Source of the DNA: Gammaproteobacteria bacterium
GTDB taxonomy: Bacteria; Pseudomonadota; Gammaproteobacteria; JABABF01
DNA: 64,000 bases
Direction: 5' to 3'
Assembly: GCA_965237805.1 (NCBI GenBank)
Contig: OZ250153.1
Location: 1,216,001-1,280,000 of the forward strand
The notes under the pieces were generated by a model. That model had not been told where the DNA came from. It did not search any database and was given only the letters and a program-made list of their open reading frames with translations. This document shows positions 50,439 to 62,292 of this stretch, one piece after another. Both the position numbers and the translations under genes were made by a program. Within the stretch, counting starts at the first letter, position 1. Every line of letters starts with the position of its first letter.

Positions 50439-50963
50439 ATGAAAAGTTCGACTAAAATCAAGATTCTGGAGGCCGTGCTACGGCATGCGGTCGTCTTGTT
50501 ACTGGTATGGCTGGGAACCCTTGCACCCGCGCCTTATCTACTCGGCAAGTTGGCCGAGCTGGGGACCGTCGACAAGTGGGGAGCCTTGGGCTTTGCGATG
50601 GGCATGGGGGTCTTGGGCGTGGTGCTCGCTGACTTGATGCTAAAGCGCATCCTAGGCCAGAGTGCAGCTCTAGTAAGCGGTAAAGGCGCGGGTAAAGCCC
50701 GCTCTAGGGGTGGTGCATCGAGCAACCAGGGCAATGCCCAGAATGCTGAAGAGCACGATGGCGTGATCATCCGCTACAACTCTGAGAAAGGCTACGGTTT
50801 CCTGCAGGCATCCGGTCTGCGTGAGGAGCCATTTTTTCACCGCAACGATGTGGCCGGTATTCCTTTGGAGCAGTTGAGGCCCGGCCTCGGTGTGCGTTTT
50901 TCCGCTTTCTCTGGCCCCAAGGGCATGCGGGCGCAGAAAGTCTGGATACCATCACCCAGCTGA
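50439..50963 (+). CDS. Membrane-anchored cold-shock domain protein
   Basis: GGAGG RBS; two N-terminal TM helices; C-terminal KGYGFL (RNP1), FFH (RNP2), GPKGMRA. Confidence 0.8.
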   Translation: MKSSTKIKILEAVLRHAVVLLLVWLGTLAPAPYLLGKLAELGTVDKWGALGFAMGMGVLGVVLADLMLKRILGQSAALVSGKGAGKARSRGGASSNQGNAQNAEEHDGVIIRYNSEKGYGFLQASGLREEPFFHRNDVAGIPLEQLRPGLGVRFSAFSGPKGMRAQKVWIPSPS

Positions 50964-51015
50964 GCGTTGGCCCGGCGGTACTGTTCCCCGCACACCGGGC
51001 GGCGTGGCACCATCA

Positions 51016-51092
51016 GCCCCGGTGGCACAACAGGATAGCGCGACTCCCTCCTAAGGAGTAGGTTGCAGGTTCGATTCCTGCCCGGGGCGCCA
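51016..51092 (+). tRNA. tRNA-Arg (anticodon CCT)
   Basis: GCCCCGG/CCGGGGC acceptor stem, ACTCC-CT-CCT-AA-GGAGT anticodon arm, GGTTCGATTCC T arm, encoded CCA. Confidence 0.95.
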
Positions 51093-51277
51093 GTGTGGTG
51101 GGTGGAGCCGCACTTTGCATCGCCCCCACTCTTTGCTTGAGTTGATCGCTTCGGTTTTAAAATAATGCGCCCTTAGCCGATTTTGGGGCTCGTTTTCAGC
51201 TGCTTCATTGACCACAAGTTCAAGAATTTCTAAGGCAATGCAAAGAGCCCTCATGTTTTTGCATCAGCGGATGCTGA

Positions 51278-53401
51278 TCAGCCCAGCTTGACCGCCAATT
51301 CTGCCGCTTCTTCGATGGCACCTTCGATATAACTCACACCCGTACAGTCACCGATGGCGTGGGTGGGGATGCCCTCTGCTTCAAACTGTTCTCGCAGCGT
51401 GGTATTCGCGCTCGCGCCTTTGGCCACAATGACATGGTCGGCTGCCAGCGTGCGCTGCTGGCCACGATAGTTGGTGTAGCTGACTGTATGGTCCCCGATG
51501 CTGATATCACGGGCCTTCGTCAACAGGCCGACGCCGAGCTGAGCCAGTTCATCCAGCAAACGCAAACGACGCACCAGATACAAGCCTTTCCCCGCCCGAG
51601 ACGGCGCATCGATCACGGTGATCTGGCGACCCCTTTCAGCGAGATACTCGGCCAGCTCCAATCCCACTAGCTCACCGCCAATGATCACGATCCGCTGGCC
51701 CAGCGGCAGCCAGATTTTGGAGAACAGCCGTACCAGTCGGCCATTGGCAGAGATGCGGGTGAGCGCGCCCAGCCGGGTGATCAGACGTGTCAGTGTGGTG
51801 GTTTTGCGCACCAGACCAGGATTGTTCTGCGCCAATACCAGTGCCTGCATTTCATCGCCACTGAAGACAAAATCATGCTCGTTACCGGGGATCTCCGGCA
51901 TGTCCCGTTTGGCACCGGCCGCAACAATCACCGCATCGGCACCCAGTTGCTTGACCAGATCTGGCGTGGCCGTCGTGTTCAGCTTGACCTTGACCTTGGA
52001 CTGGGCAATCTGCCGTCGTAGCCAGTGCAACAGGCGTTCGTTTGGCGGATAGGCAATGCTGGCAAATTGCAAGGTGCCGCCGAGACGATTACTGCGCTCT
52101 AATAAGGTGACCTTGAAGCCACGTTGATCGAGTCGCCGCGCAACTTCCATCCCGCCCGGACCACCACCGACAACGACAAAGTGTTTGTCGGCGTCGCTGG
52201 CGATCAGAGCCCGTTCCCGCTCGCGTCCGGTTTCGGGATTAACCGCGCACTTGACCGACTTCTTGATATAGATTTGGCTGACGCAACAGTAACAGTAGAT
52301 ACAGGGCAGAATCTGCTGCGGTGTGCCGGCGGTAATTTTATTGGGCAGATCGGGGTCGGCCAGTATTTTCCTGCCCATGGCCAAGAAATCAAAATGCCCC
52401 TGCTGGATATGGCGATCTGCGGAATCCGGCTCAATCCGGCCTGCGGTGATCACCGGAATCGTGACGGCCTGTTTGATTTCGATGGCGTTGGCCACGAGTC
52501 GCTCGGGCACATGCGGGATGTTCGATTCAGAGTGCATCAAGCCCCGGCCGCTATCGTGATAAGCGCTCACCGTGATCGCATTCGCGCCCGCCGCTTCCGC
52601 CATTTGCGCGGTGGCTTTGGCATCCTCCAGTGAGATCCCTTCGTCGGTGCCAAACTCAGCTGAATCGAGCTTGCACCACACCGGATAGTCGGGGCCCACC
52701 GCCTCGCGTACCGCCCGAATGACCGCTATTAAGAAACGGGCGCGGTTTTCGAGGCAACCACCGTACTCGTCGTCCCGTTGGTTGGTGCGCGGCGACAAGA
52801 ACTCGGAAATGATGTAGCCATGGCCGCCGTGGATTTCCACGCCATCGATACCGGCGATTTTTGCCCGCGAGGCGGCGGCGGCAAATTTTGCCACCAGCGT
52901 GGCGATGTCGGCGGTGGTCATCACATGCAACTCCGCCTGCGGAGCGTTGGGATCGAACATCTGGGCCACTTCAGACTCAAGGAATCCATTCAGATAGGCG
53001 CTCCCGCTGTCGACCGGAATCGAGGGTGCCCAGAGCGGCCGACCGTGCTGGATATCCTCAACGGCCACCAAGCCACCGTGGTGCAACTGAGCCGCCAGCT
53101 TTGCCCCATGGGCATGCACCGCATCGGCCAACGCCGTGAGGCCGGGGATGAAGCGGTCATCGGAAATTGCGACCTGCCTCGGTAGATTGCCGCCCTCCGG
53201 CCAGGCCACACCGGTCACGCCCATGACGATCAAAGCGGCGCCGCCCTTGGCCTGTCGTTCATGGTAATCAATGGTCCGCTCGCCGCAGAAGCCATCAGCG
53301 TCGGCCAGATTCACCCCCATGGCTGTCACCACCATGCGATTTTTCAAGGTCATGGTGCCGATTTGGCCAGCCTGGGTTAACGCGGGGAAATTACTTTTCA
53401 T
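51278..53401 (-). CDS. NADH:flavin oxidoreductase (Old Yellow Enzyme + FAD domain, 2,4-dienoyl-CoA reductase-like)
   Basis: LKNRMV, EIHGGHGYII.EFLSP..N.R.DEYGG, CIYCYCC Fe-S motif, VVGGGPGG. Confidence 0.9.
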   Translation of the reverse strand: MKSNFPALTQAGQIGTMTLKNRMVVTAMGVNLADADGFCGERTIDYHERQAKGGAALIVMGVTGVAWPEGGNLPRQVAISDDRFIPGLTALADAVHAHGAKLAAQLHHGGLVAVEDIQHGRPLWAPSIPVDSGSAYLNGFLESEVAQMFDPNAPQAELHVMTTADIATLVAKFAAAASRAKIAGIDGVEIHGGHGYIISEFLSPRTNQRDDEYGGCLENRARFLIAVIRAVREAVGPDYPVWCKLDSAEFGTDEGISLEDAKATAQMAEAAGANAITVSAYHDSGRGLMHSESNIPHVPERLVANAIEIKQAVTIPVITAGRIEPDSADRHIQQGHFDFLAMGRKILADPDLPNKITAGTPQQILPCIYCYCCVSQIYIKKSVKCAVNPETGRERERALIASDADKHFVVVGGGPGGMEVARRLDQRGFKVTLLERSNRLGGTLQFASIAYPPNERLLHWLRRQIAQSKVKVKLNTTATPDLVKQLGADAVIVAAGAKRDMPEIPGNEHDFVFSGDEMQALVLAQNNPGLVRKTTTLTRLITRLGALTRISANGRLVRLFSKIWLPLGQRIVIIGGELVGLELAEYLAERGRQITVIDAPSRAGKGLYLVRRLRLLDELAQLGVGLLTKARDISIGDHTVSYTNYRGQQRTLAADHVIVAKGASANTTLREQFEAEGIPTHAIGDCTGVSYIEGAIEEAAELAVKLG

Positions 53402-53493
53402 CAGCTGATTTCCAAAATTTCGAAAGCCATCAGAAATTGCCCGCTTGAGAGTGCAGCGGCAGCTCGCTGGATGGCACCGTTAGTATACTGAAA

Positions 53494-55239
53494 TTACTGG
53501 CCTCGCCGGTAAACAGTCGCGCCTTCCTTGATCGTCTCCAGCACCATGATCTCGGCCAAGTTGGCGGTGTTGGTGGTCAGTGGATTGCGATCCAGAATCA
53601 CAAAATCCGCTAGTTTCCCCACTTCCAGAGAGCCCTTTAGATGTTCCTCGAAATGCTGGCTAGCAGCGTCGATGCTAACTGCGCGTAGCGCCTGTGCGAC
53701 GGTGGCTTGCTGTTTCCTGCCCAATGTTTTTCCGCTACGGGTTTCGCGATTGACAGCAGTCCAGAGCAGCAGCGCCATATTGGGCGGCACAACCGGGGTA
53801 TCGTTGTGAATGGTATAGCGGATTCCCCGCCGGGTGGCGGACTGTAACGGGCTGATCCGTTTGGCACGTGCATTTCCCAGTACCGAATCACGGTGCCAGT
53901 CGCCCCAGTAAAATGTGTGGGCGACAAAAAAGGATGGGATCATATTCAGCTCGTTCATCACGTCCAGCTGATCGTCGCGTACTGTCTGGGCGTGGATCAT
54001 GACCGTGCGCCGATCTGCCGCACCCTGAACCGCAGACACCTTGCTGACCGTGCGGATCAACTGGTCTGCGGCAGCATCTCCGTTGGCGTGTGCCAATACC
54101 TGCCAGCCCTCGGCAAAGAACTCGCTGATATAAGCTTCCAGCTCCTCATCCGACAGAATCGGATAGCCGCGATACTCTTTTGGCTTCCCGGCTGGCGGTA
54201 GGTGGTAGGGCTGGCTCAGCCAGGCCGTCTTGCCCTGTGGAGAACCGTCCAATACCAATTTCACACCGCCGACACGGAAGTGCTTTCGGTAATCCGATTG
54301 CGGCGAAAATTCACCCCTAAGCTGCTCCAGATACACCCATGCGGGGTAGGCAATAACATCCAGCTTGAGCCGATCTAGGCGAGCGGCTTCGCGCAGCAGT
54401 GCCAGGCCCGCCGGGTTTGCCGCTCCGTCCTGAACACTGGTAATACCATAGCGGGCGTAATAATCCTGCGTCTTATCCAGCAACGCCATACGGGTTTTGC
54501 GGTCAAGCTCAGGCAGAATTTTAAAAACCGGATGCATCGCCGTTTCTTCCAGCACACCGTTGGGCTCGCGATTGCCGGGCCCCCGGCGAAACGTCCCGCC
54601 TGCGGGATCTTCTGTCGCCGCCGTAATGTTGGCCAACTCTAGACATTTGGAGTTGCATACGCCCAAGTGGCCGGACACATGACGAATGAATACGGGATCT
54701 TCGGTTGAGATCTTATCCAGATCAAAGCGTGTGGGGTGGCGCTGTTCCACCAGTAGCGATTCATCGTAACCAGTGCCAATAATCCACTGGCCAGCAGGGA
54801 TTTTTCCCTTGGCGGCCCGCAGAACCCTAATGATATCGGCGACTTTTTTGACCGGTCCTACCGGTGCTGAGGCCACATTCTCGTAGGCCAAATAATCCAG
54901 TGTCATCATAAAATGACCGTGGGCATCGATAAATCCTGGGAGTAGTGTGCTGCCCTGTAAATCGATCACTGTGGCTTCTTTACCAGCTGCCATTTTTACC
55001 ATTTCTTCCATTCCCACAGCCAAGATCTCAGCGCCGCGCACGGCGATGGCCTCAGCGGTGGGCTGCTGCTCATCCATGGTGATGATGGTGCCATTGGTAT
55101 AAAGCCGAGTTGCCGCTCCAGTCTGTGTCGCAGAGTCGGCTGTTGTGATCGCTGTCAACATTTGGGGTTGACCACAGGCGGCGATCAACACGGTGGCACT
55201 CACTGCACTTAATGTTTTTAGCGTTGCAAGTAAATTCAT
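53494..55239 (-). CDS. Amidohydrolase 3 (YtcJ-like) lipoprotein
   Basis: IAAC lipobox, PGFIDAHGH, DGSPQG, HANGD, GSLEVGKLADFVIL; real start ATG 55239 or 55254, not 55824. Confidence 0.9.
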   Translation of the reverse strand: MNLLATLKTLSAVSATVLIAACGQPQMLTAITTADSATQTGAATRLYTNGTIITMDEQQPTAEAIAVRGAEILAVGMEEMVKMAAGKEATVIDLQGSTLLPGFIDAHGHFMMTLDYLAYENVASAPVGPVKKVADIIRVLRAAKGKIPAGQWIIGTGYDESLLVEQRHPTRFDLDKISTEDPVFIRHVSGHLGVCNSKCLELANITAATEDPAGGTFRRGPGNREPNGVLEETAMHPVFKILPELDRKTRMALLDKTQDYYARYGITSVQDGAANPAGLALLREAARLDRLKLDVIAYPAWVYLEQLRGEFSPQSDYRKHFRVGGVKLVLDGSPQGKTAWLSQPYHLPPAGKPKEYRGYPILSDEELEAYISEFFAEGWQVLAHANGDAAADQLIRTVSKVSAVQGAADRRTVMIHAQTVRDDQLDVMNELNMIPSFFVAHTFYWGDWHRDSVLGNARAKRISPLQSATRRGIRYTIHNDTPVVPPNMALLLWTAVNRETRSGKTLGRKQQATVAQALRAVSIDAASQHFEEHLKGSLEVGKLADFVILDRNPLTTNTANLAEIMVLETIKEGATVYRRGQ

Positions 55240-55309
55240 AGGCAAATTTTCCATTGGGGGATGCCTGAATCCTGCCCGAGGTGTCGCAGTGGTGGGTGGA
55301 GCATAGCGC

Positions 55310-56017
55310 TCAACTCTCCACCCGCTCCCGTAGCCAGCTGAGGCGCTCGGGTGTGCCGACATCGCACCATAGGCCGCGATAGTGTTGTCCGCCCACCAAG
55401 CCGCGGCGCACGGCGCGGTGCAGGGGCTCGCGCAATGGAAAGCGCATGGAGCTCTCCTCGGCCAGCAACTCGGGAGACAGCAGCGCGATGCCGGCGTAGA
55501 GCAGGCTGTTGCCGCCTGCCGCCATCTCTTGGGCTGCCTCCCGCACAAGTCCCTCTTCCCCGAGCTGGAAGTCCGCCGGCCTTGTTCCCCAAGGCGGCTC
55601 CACCAGCACCAGCTGTGCCAGTCGTCCTTGCGGCAGTCCCGCCGCCAGCAGCTCGCGGTAGGGGAACTCGGTCCATACATCGGCGTTGCACAGCACAAAG
55701 GGGCTTGGTGGCAACAGCCCGGTGCGCAGCGCCCGCATGATGCCGCCGCCAGTGCCGAGCCGCTCGTCCGGCGTCGTCGCTTCGCGTGACCACTGGATGT
55801 GTAGCCCCACGCGCTCGCCGTCACCGAAATGCCGCTCTACGGCATCGGCGTGCGGCCCCAAGTTGACCACTACTTCGCGAATACCACCGTCGCGCAGCCG
55901 CAACAGCTGCCACTCCAACAAGGGCTTCCCCTGGACCTCGACCATCGCTTTGGACATGGTCTCGGTCAGCGGCCGCAGCCGCGCACCGTGCCCGGCTGCC
56001 AGCACCATGGCTCTCAC
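55310..56017 (-). CDS. murU: MurNAc-alpha-1-phosphate uridylyltransferase
   Basis: AMVLAAGHGARLRPLT, GTGGGI, WCDVGTPERL; coupled to amgK. Confidence 0.85.
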   Translation of the reverse strand: MRAMVLAAGHGARLRPLTETMSKAMVEVQGKPLLEWQLLRLRDGGIREVVVNLGPHADAVERHFGDGERVGLHIQWSREATTPDERLGTGGGIMRALRTGLLPPSPFVLCNADVWTEFPYRELLAAGLPQGRLAQLVLVEPPWGTRPADFQLGEEGLVREAAQEMAAGGNSLLYAGIALLSPELLAEESSMRFPLREPLHRAVRRGLVGGQHYRGLWCDVGTPERLSWLRERVES

Positions 56018-57081
56018 GCTGCGCCCCCGCTGTGACCGCCGTCCGCCGCTCCGTCGCCGCTCAGTGCCACTCCCAGTGCCTCCAGACGGGGCTGTAGCGA
56101 CGGCCCCAAGCGCTCGCTAAACCAGTGGTGGAAAGCATCCAGCTCGGGATGGCGCCCACAACAATCGTGCACATAACGCAATACCTGTGGCAGGTCGCCC
56201 AAGTAGCGTGGCTTGCCGTCGCGCAACCACAGCCGGGCGAAGATGCCCAGCACCTTGAGATGCCGCTGTAGCCCCGCCAAGTCGACATCGCGCAGGAAGC
56301 GCCCGGCGCCGATGGCCTCGTCCAATACGCCCGCCGCCACCGCTCGCTGGCGGTAGTTTTCCACCCAACGCTCGACTTGGTCACGTTCCCAAGCGATGTA
56401 GCAATCCTTGAACAGCGAGGCCACATCGTAGGCGGCCGCCCCCCAGACGGCATCTTGGAAATCGATGACGCCGAGGCGTCCGTCCGCTGTGGGGATCAGA
56501 TTGCGCGAGTGGTAGTCGCGGTGCACGAATACCGCCGGTTGCGCGAGCATCTCGTCTACCAGCAAGCCGAACAACTCGTGCAGTAGCCGCTCGTCCTGCG
56601 GCCGCAATTCCAGCTCCAATAACTCACTGACGAACCAGTGTCCGAATAGGCTCAGCTCGTCTTCCAGCAAGCGCTTGCCGTAGCGTGGCAGGCGGTGTCC
56701 CTCGAATTCGCGCGGGCAAGCTTGCAGCTGGATCAGGGTTGCCACTGCCTGCCCGTACAGCTGCTCTGCCGCCGCTGTGTCGCTTGCCTGTAGTCTTTGC
56801 AAGAGCAAGCTGTCTCCGAAGTCCTCCAGCAATAGGTAGCCACGCTTGGCCTCGACTGCATGCAGGGCGGGCACGGTGACACCGCCCGCCTCCAGCTGTC
56901 GGCGCACGGCGATGAAGCTGGTGACATCCCCCTGTTCCGGCGGTGCCCATACCGCCAGCAAGCCCTTCCCCGGTGGTGTTAGCAGGCGAAAGTAGCGCCG
57001 GAACCCCGCGTCCCCGCCACACTCCCGCCACTTTGGCAAGACCCCCAGCTGCGCTGCGCACCAATGCCTTAACTCGTCCAC
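56014..57081 (-). CDS. amgK: Anomeric MurNAc/GlcNAc kinase
   Basis: GDAGFRRYFR, HRDYHSRNL, IDFQDA, QRHLKVLGIFARL motifs. Confidence 0.88.
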   Translation of the reverse strand: MDELRHWCAAQLGVLPKWRECGGDAGFRRYFRLLTPPGKGLLAVWAPPEQGDVTSFIAVRRQLEAGGVTVPALHAVEAKRGYLLLEDFGDSLLLQRLQASDTAAAEQLYGQAVATLIQLQACPREFEGHRLPRYGKRLLEDELSLFGHWFVSELLELELRPQDERLLHELFGLLVDEMLAQPAVFVHRDYHSRNLIPTADGRLGVIDFQDAVWGAAAYDVASLFKDCYIAWERDQVERWVENYRQRAVAAGVLDEAIGAGRFLRDVDLAGLQRHLKVLGIFARLWLRDGKPRYLGDLPQVLRYVHDCCGRHPELDAFHHWFSERLGPSLQPRLEALGVALSGDGAADGGHSGGAA

Positions 57082-57195
57082 CTCGTCTCTCTCGCTGGGC
57101 AGCTGCTGGCGCTATTCTGTAACATTGTGCGCAGGCGGTGATCAGGCTGCCCAACTGCCTGTGGGGTGGGGCGGGGCATCCGAGGGGGTATAGCC

Positions 57196-58721
<1,526 letters not shown>

Positions 58722-58725
<4 letters not shown>

Positions 58726-60971
58726 CCGCTTTGGCACCACCGTGGGTTGCGTGCCGCTTGGCGCCGTCGGCGACCCTGCTCGTTGTCGCGTCGCTCTTCT
58801 TTGCTTTGTCTCCGCCAGCTGTGGGGCAAGTAGCCACGCCCGAGGCGGGGGCGGTGCTGGCTTCCGCCGCTGGCGGTTGCCCGCGTTCTGACGCTCCCTA
58901 TTGGCAACCGCAGTCCGGCAGACCTTGCTGTGGCATATTCGCGCCGCCGCCGTTGACGGCGCTGGGTGTCGAGGAAATGCGCGTCAAAGCGCTACACAGC
59001 AGTCTGCGTCCAAACGGGGAAACCCACCTCAGCGGTGGTGCCAGCGTCGACCTTGGGGCGATGCGCCTGCGCGCCGACGAGATGGTGATCGATGCCGATG
59101 GCGATAGCGTGAGGCTCAGCGGTGGGGTGCGCGTCGAGCGGCCAGAGGCTGCATTCAGCGCTGATAGTGCGACCTTCAACCGGCACAGTCGTGACTTGGA
59201 GCTGCGGCAGCTGCGTTATGTGTTGTTCGACTTGCAGGCTCATGGTGGTGCCGAGCGCGCCGCATGGTCCGCCGGGCAGCTGCGCCTCGATCGCGCCAGT
59301 TTCAGCCTGTGTCCGCCCGGCGAGACGGGCTGGCGCTTCGAGCTCGGTAGCCTGCGCGTCGATCGCGAGCGCGGCTATGTGGCGATGCGCGATGTACGGC
59401 TCTATTGGGGGCGTCGTCAGCTGTTGCGCCTGCCGGCTTGGTGGCTGCCGATCGACCGTCGGCGCAGCGGTTTATTGCTGCCTGACATCGGCTATTCCAG
59501 CGACGGTGGGTTGCGCTGGCATCAGCCGTTCTACTTGAATCTGGCACCTCACTACGATGCCACGTTGGCGCTGGCTGCGATCAGTCGGCGTGGCGCACTG
59601 CTGGCGGGAGAATTCCGCCGCCGCGATCGTTTCGGCTCGTGGCAGGCGGCGGCGAGTTTTCTGCCGGATGATCGTGTTGCCAGTGCTCGGCGCTGGCACT
59701 ATCGGCTGGAGCATATGGGTGGCATCGGTGCCTGGCAGACGGAGGCGGATGTCACACGCATCAGCGATCGGCGCTATTTTGACGATCTGAGCTATTTGTC
59801 GGCTGGGGTGGACGAGCGCCGCCGCACATTGCCGCAGCGTGTGCAAGTGCGCCACAGCGGTTCGGCGCACCATGTGGCGCTGGGTTGGGAGCGGCATCAG
59901 AATCTCGCTGAAGATCTCTCCGACAGCGGTTATCAGCGCGAGCCGTGGCTGTCGGCCAGCACCCAGTTCGGCGTGCCGGGTGCTGGGCCAGCGCTGGCCG
60001 TGGTGCTGGACTACGCCCACTATACCCACGCCGATGGCGTGCTGGCCGATGGTGGCCGCCTGTACACCAGCGTGGAGGCGGATTGGACACGGCAGTGGGG
60101 TGCGTGGCGCTGGCGTCCGTGGTTGCGCTTGGCACAGCTGTGGCACGGGGGGCACGGCAGTGTGGTGGCTCCTGCGACGGGGGTCGATTTGGAGTGGTCC
60201 GCATGGCGGCAGCTGAGTGCGGGTGGCGTGCTACGGCAGCTACGCCACCGCCTGCGTTATCATTATGTGCCTCGCCGCGAGCAGGGGAGCCGTCCGGTTT
60301 ACGACAGCCAGAGCTTGCGCTTCGACCGCCACCAGCTATTTCGTGATGGTCGTTTTAGTGGCTTTGATCGCATCGCCGACACCAATCGCCTGTCGTTGGA
60401 GGCCAGTGCCGAGTGGTTGTGGCCACGACGTGATGCGGAGCTGCGGCTAAGCCTCGGTCAGATACACTATTTTTCTGATCGGCGTGTGGCGCTGGCAAAT
60501 GGTGAGGGTGCAGCCAGTACCACGCGTTCGCCGCTGGCCATCGCTTTTGGGGCACGTCTTGCACCGTGGGAGTTGGCCTTGGAGCTGGCTTGGGATGAGC
60601 GCGCTGGGCGCTTGGACATGTCGGATTGGGAGTTGGCGTGGCGTTCAGAGGGCGGTGCCGAGTTCGCCGCCCAGTGGTATTTCGCCCGCGGCGAGGTGGC
60701 ATTCGGGCAACAGGCAGGGTTGCGCGCCGAGCTGCCGCTCGGCGCGCGCTGGCGGTGGTATGGCGCTTGGCGCGGCGATCTTGAAGGCGGCGGTTTGATT
60801 GACGCAGAAATGGGACTGGATTACCGTAGTTGTTGCTGGAGTGCCGGACTGAGTTTCCGGCGTAGCCTGCGCACAGAAGGTCACCATACGGGAGATGTAC
60901 TGTTGAACTTCCGCTTTGGTCGTCCGCGGTCTATCGCGGTGCGCGATACGATGGCGCATCGCGATGACTAG
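58722..60971 (+). CDS. lptD: LPS assembly outer-membrane protein LptD
   Basis: FSLCPP, RRSGLLLP, PFYLNLAPHYDAT, RFSGFDRI, YRSCCW; precedes surA; start uncertain. Confidence 0.92.
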
Positions 60972-62292
60972 ATTGCTTTGGGTGCGGGGATCGGTCGCCT
61001 CTGCCACGGTGCTGGCGGCCTTGGCCGTCGCTTCGCTGGCGCTGGTTCTTGCGGTCGTCGTGTTGCTGTCGGCGCGGGCTGATGCCGAGGTTTTGCTTGA
61101 CCGCGTGCTGGCGGTGGCCGACGATGAAGTCATTTTGCTGGGCGAATTTAATGCGCGCTATGTCGAGCTGCACACGCGGTTGCAGCAGCGCGATCCGGAG
61201 CGCGTGCCGCCAGCCTCGGAGTTGCGCCGACAATTGCTCGACCAGATGGTGCTCGAGCGTTTGCAGCTACAACTCGCCGTGCGTGCCAGTATCCAGATCA
61301 GCGACCGCGAGCTGAACGAAGCGCTGAGCCGCATGGCAGCAGAGCAGGGGCTCGAGATCGACGGCATGATCGACCGGTTGGAGCGAGAAGGTGGCGATTA
61401 CATCGCGTTGCGCCAGCAGCTGCGCGAGCAGATGATCATCGAGCGCGTACAGCTGGTCAATGTGCGCCGTCGCCTGCATCTGAGCGCACAGGAGATCGAG
61501 GACTATCTCGCTTCGGTGGCTGGGGCGGCACTGCTGGAGACGCGCTATCACCTGTTCCATGTCCGCTTGCCGCTTGCTGCCGATGCGTCGCCGACGCGCG
61601 AGGAGCGGGTGCGCGAGCAGCTGAGCCAGCTGCGTGAGCGTGCCGCAGGCAGCGATCTGCTACGCGCGGCTGCAACTATCGAGAGTCAGCGTCTGCGATC
61701 GGCCGATTTGAAATGGCGCACACGTAGCGAGCTGCCCTATCTGTTTGAGCAAGTGGTGGCTAAGATGACAGTCGGTGAGATATTGGGGCCGCTGCGCAAC
61801 GAGAGCGGCCTGCACTTGATCCAGCTGCAAGGGCGGCGCGGTAAGGGTGAAACCGAGACGGAGCTGCATGTGCGGCACATCCTATTGGTGCCATCGGAAT
61901 TGCGTGATGCCAGCCAGTCGCGCGCAAATCTGGAGCGGCTGCGCCGCCGCTTGCTCGACGGCGCGAGTTTTGCCCCATTGGCGCAAGAGTATTCCGAAGA
62001 CAATCATTCCAAGCTCAGCGGCGGAGATTTGGGCTGGGTGCGTGCGAAACAAGTGGATGCTGACTTCGCCGAGGCGATGTTGGCTTTGGCGGTGGGTGAA
62101 TTGAGTAGGGTGGTGCAGAGTCGGCACGGCTTCCACCTGATCGAAGTACTGGAGCGCCGCCAACGTGATGTCGCCGAGGAAGAGGCGCGCCGCCGGGTGG
62201 GGGAATTCCTGTATCGGCAGCGTTATCCTCAAGAGTTGCAGACTTGGCTGGATGAACTGCGCGACAGCGCCTATGTCGACCTGCGTTGGTGA
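60964..62292 (+). CDS. surA: Periplasmic chaperone/PPIase SurA
   Basis: LDRVLAVADDEVIL, HVRHIL, GGDLGW, SRHGFHLI motifs. Confidence 0.92.
   Translation: MTRLLWVRGSVASATVLAALAVASLALVLAVVVLLSARADAEVLLDRVLAVADDEVILLGEFNARYVELHTRLQQRDPERVPPASELRRQLLDQMVLERLQLQLAVRASIQISDRELNEALSRMAAEQGLEIDGMIDRLEREGGDYIALRQQLREQMIIERVQLVNVRRRLHLSAQEIEDYLASVAGAALLETRYHLFHVRLPLAADASPTREERVREQLSQLRERAAGSDLLRAAATIESQRLRSADLKWRTRSELPYLFEQVVAKMTVGEILGPLRNESGLHLIQLQGRRGKGETETELHVRHILLVPSELRDASQSRANLERLRRRLLDGASFAPLAQEYSEDNHSKLSGGDLGWVRAKQVDADFAEAMLALAVGELSRVVQSRHGFHLIEVLERRQRDVAEEEARRRVGEFLYRQRYPQELQTWLDELRDSAYVDLRW

Larger units (their letters stand above)
51073..55302. mobile_element. Integrase-less islet at tRNA-Arg bounded by degenerate 36-bp direct repeats
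   Basis: 51073-51108 vs 55267-55302 match at 29/36 positions without gaps; cargo has lower GC. Confidence 0.6.

Noticed and set aside
51051-51254. 67-aa minus-strand ORF next to the tRNA as an integrase remnant
   Set aside because: No recombinase motif, and it runs antisense into the tRNA.
55240-55824. 195-aa N-terminal extension of the amidohydrolase in the ORF track
   Set aside because: Overlaps murU in another frame; the lipoprotein signal starts at 55239/55254.
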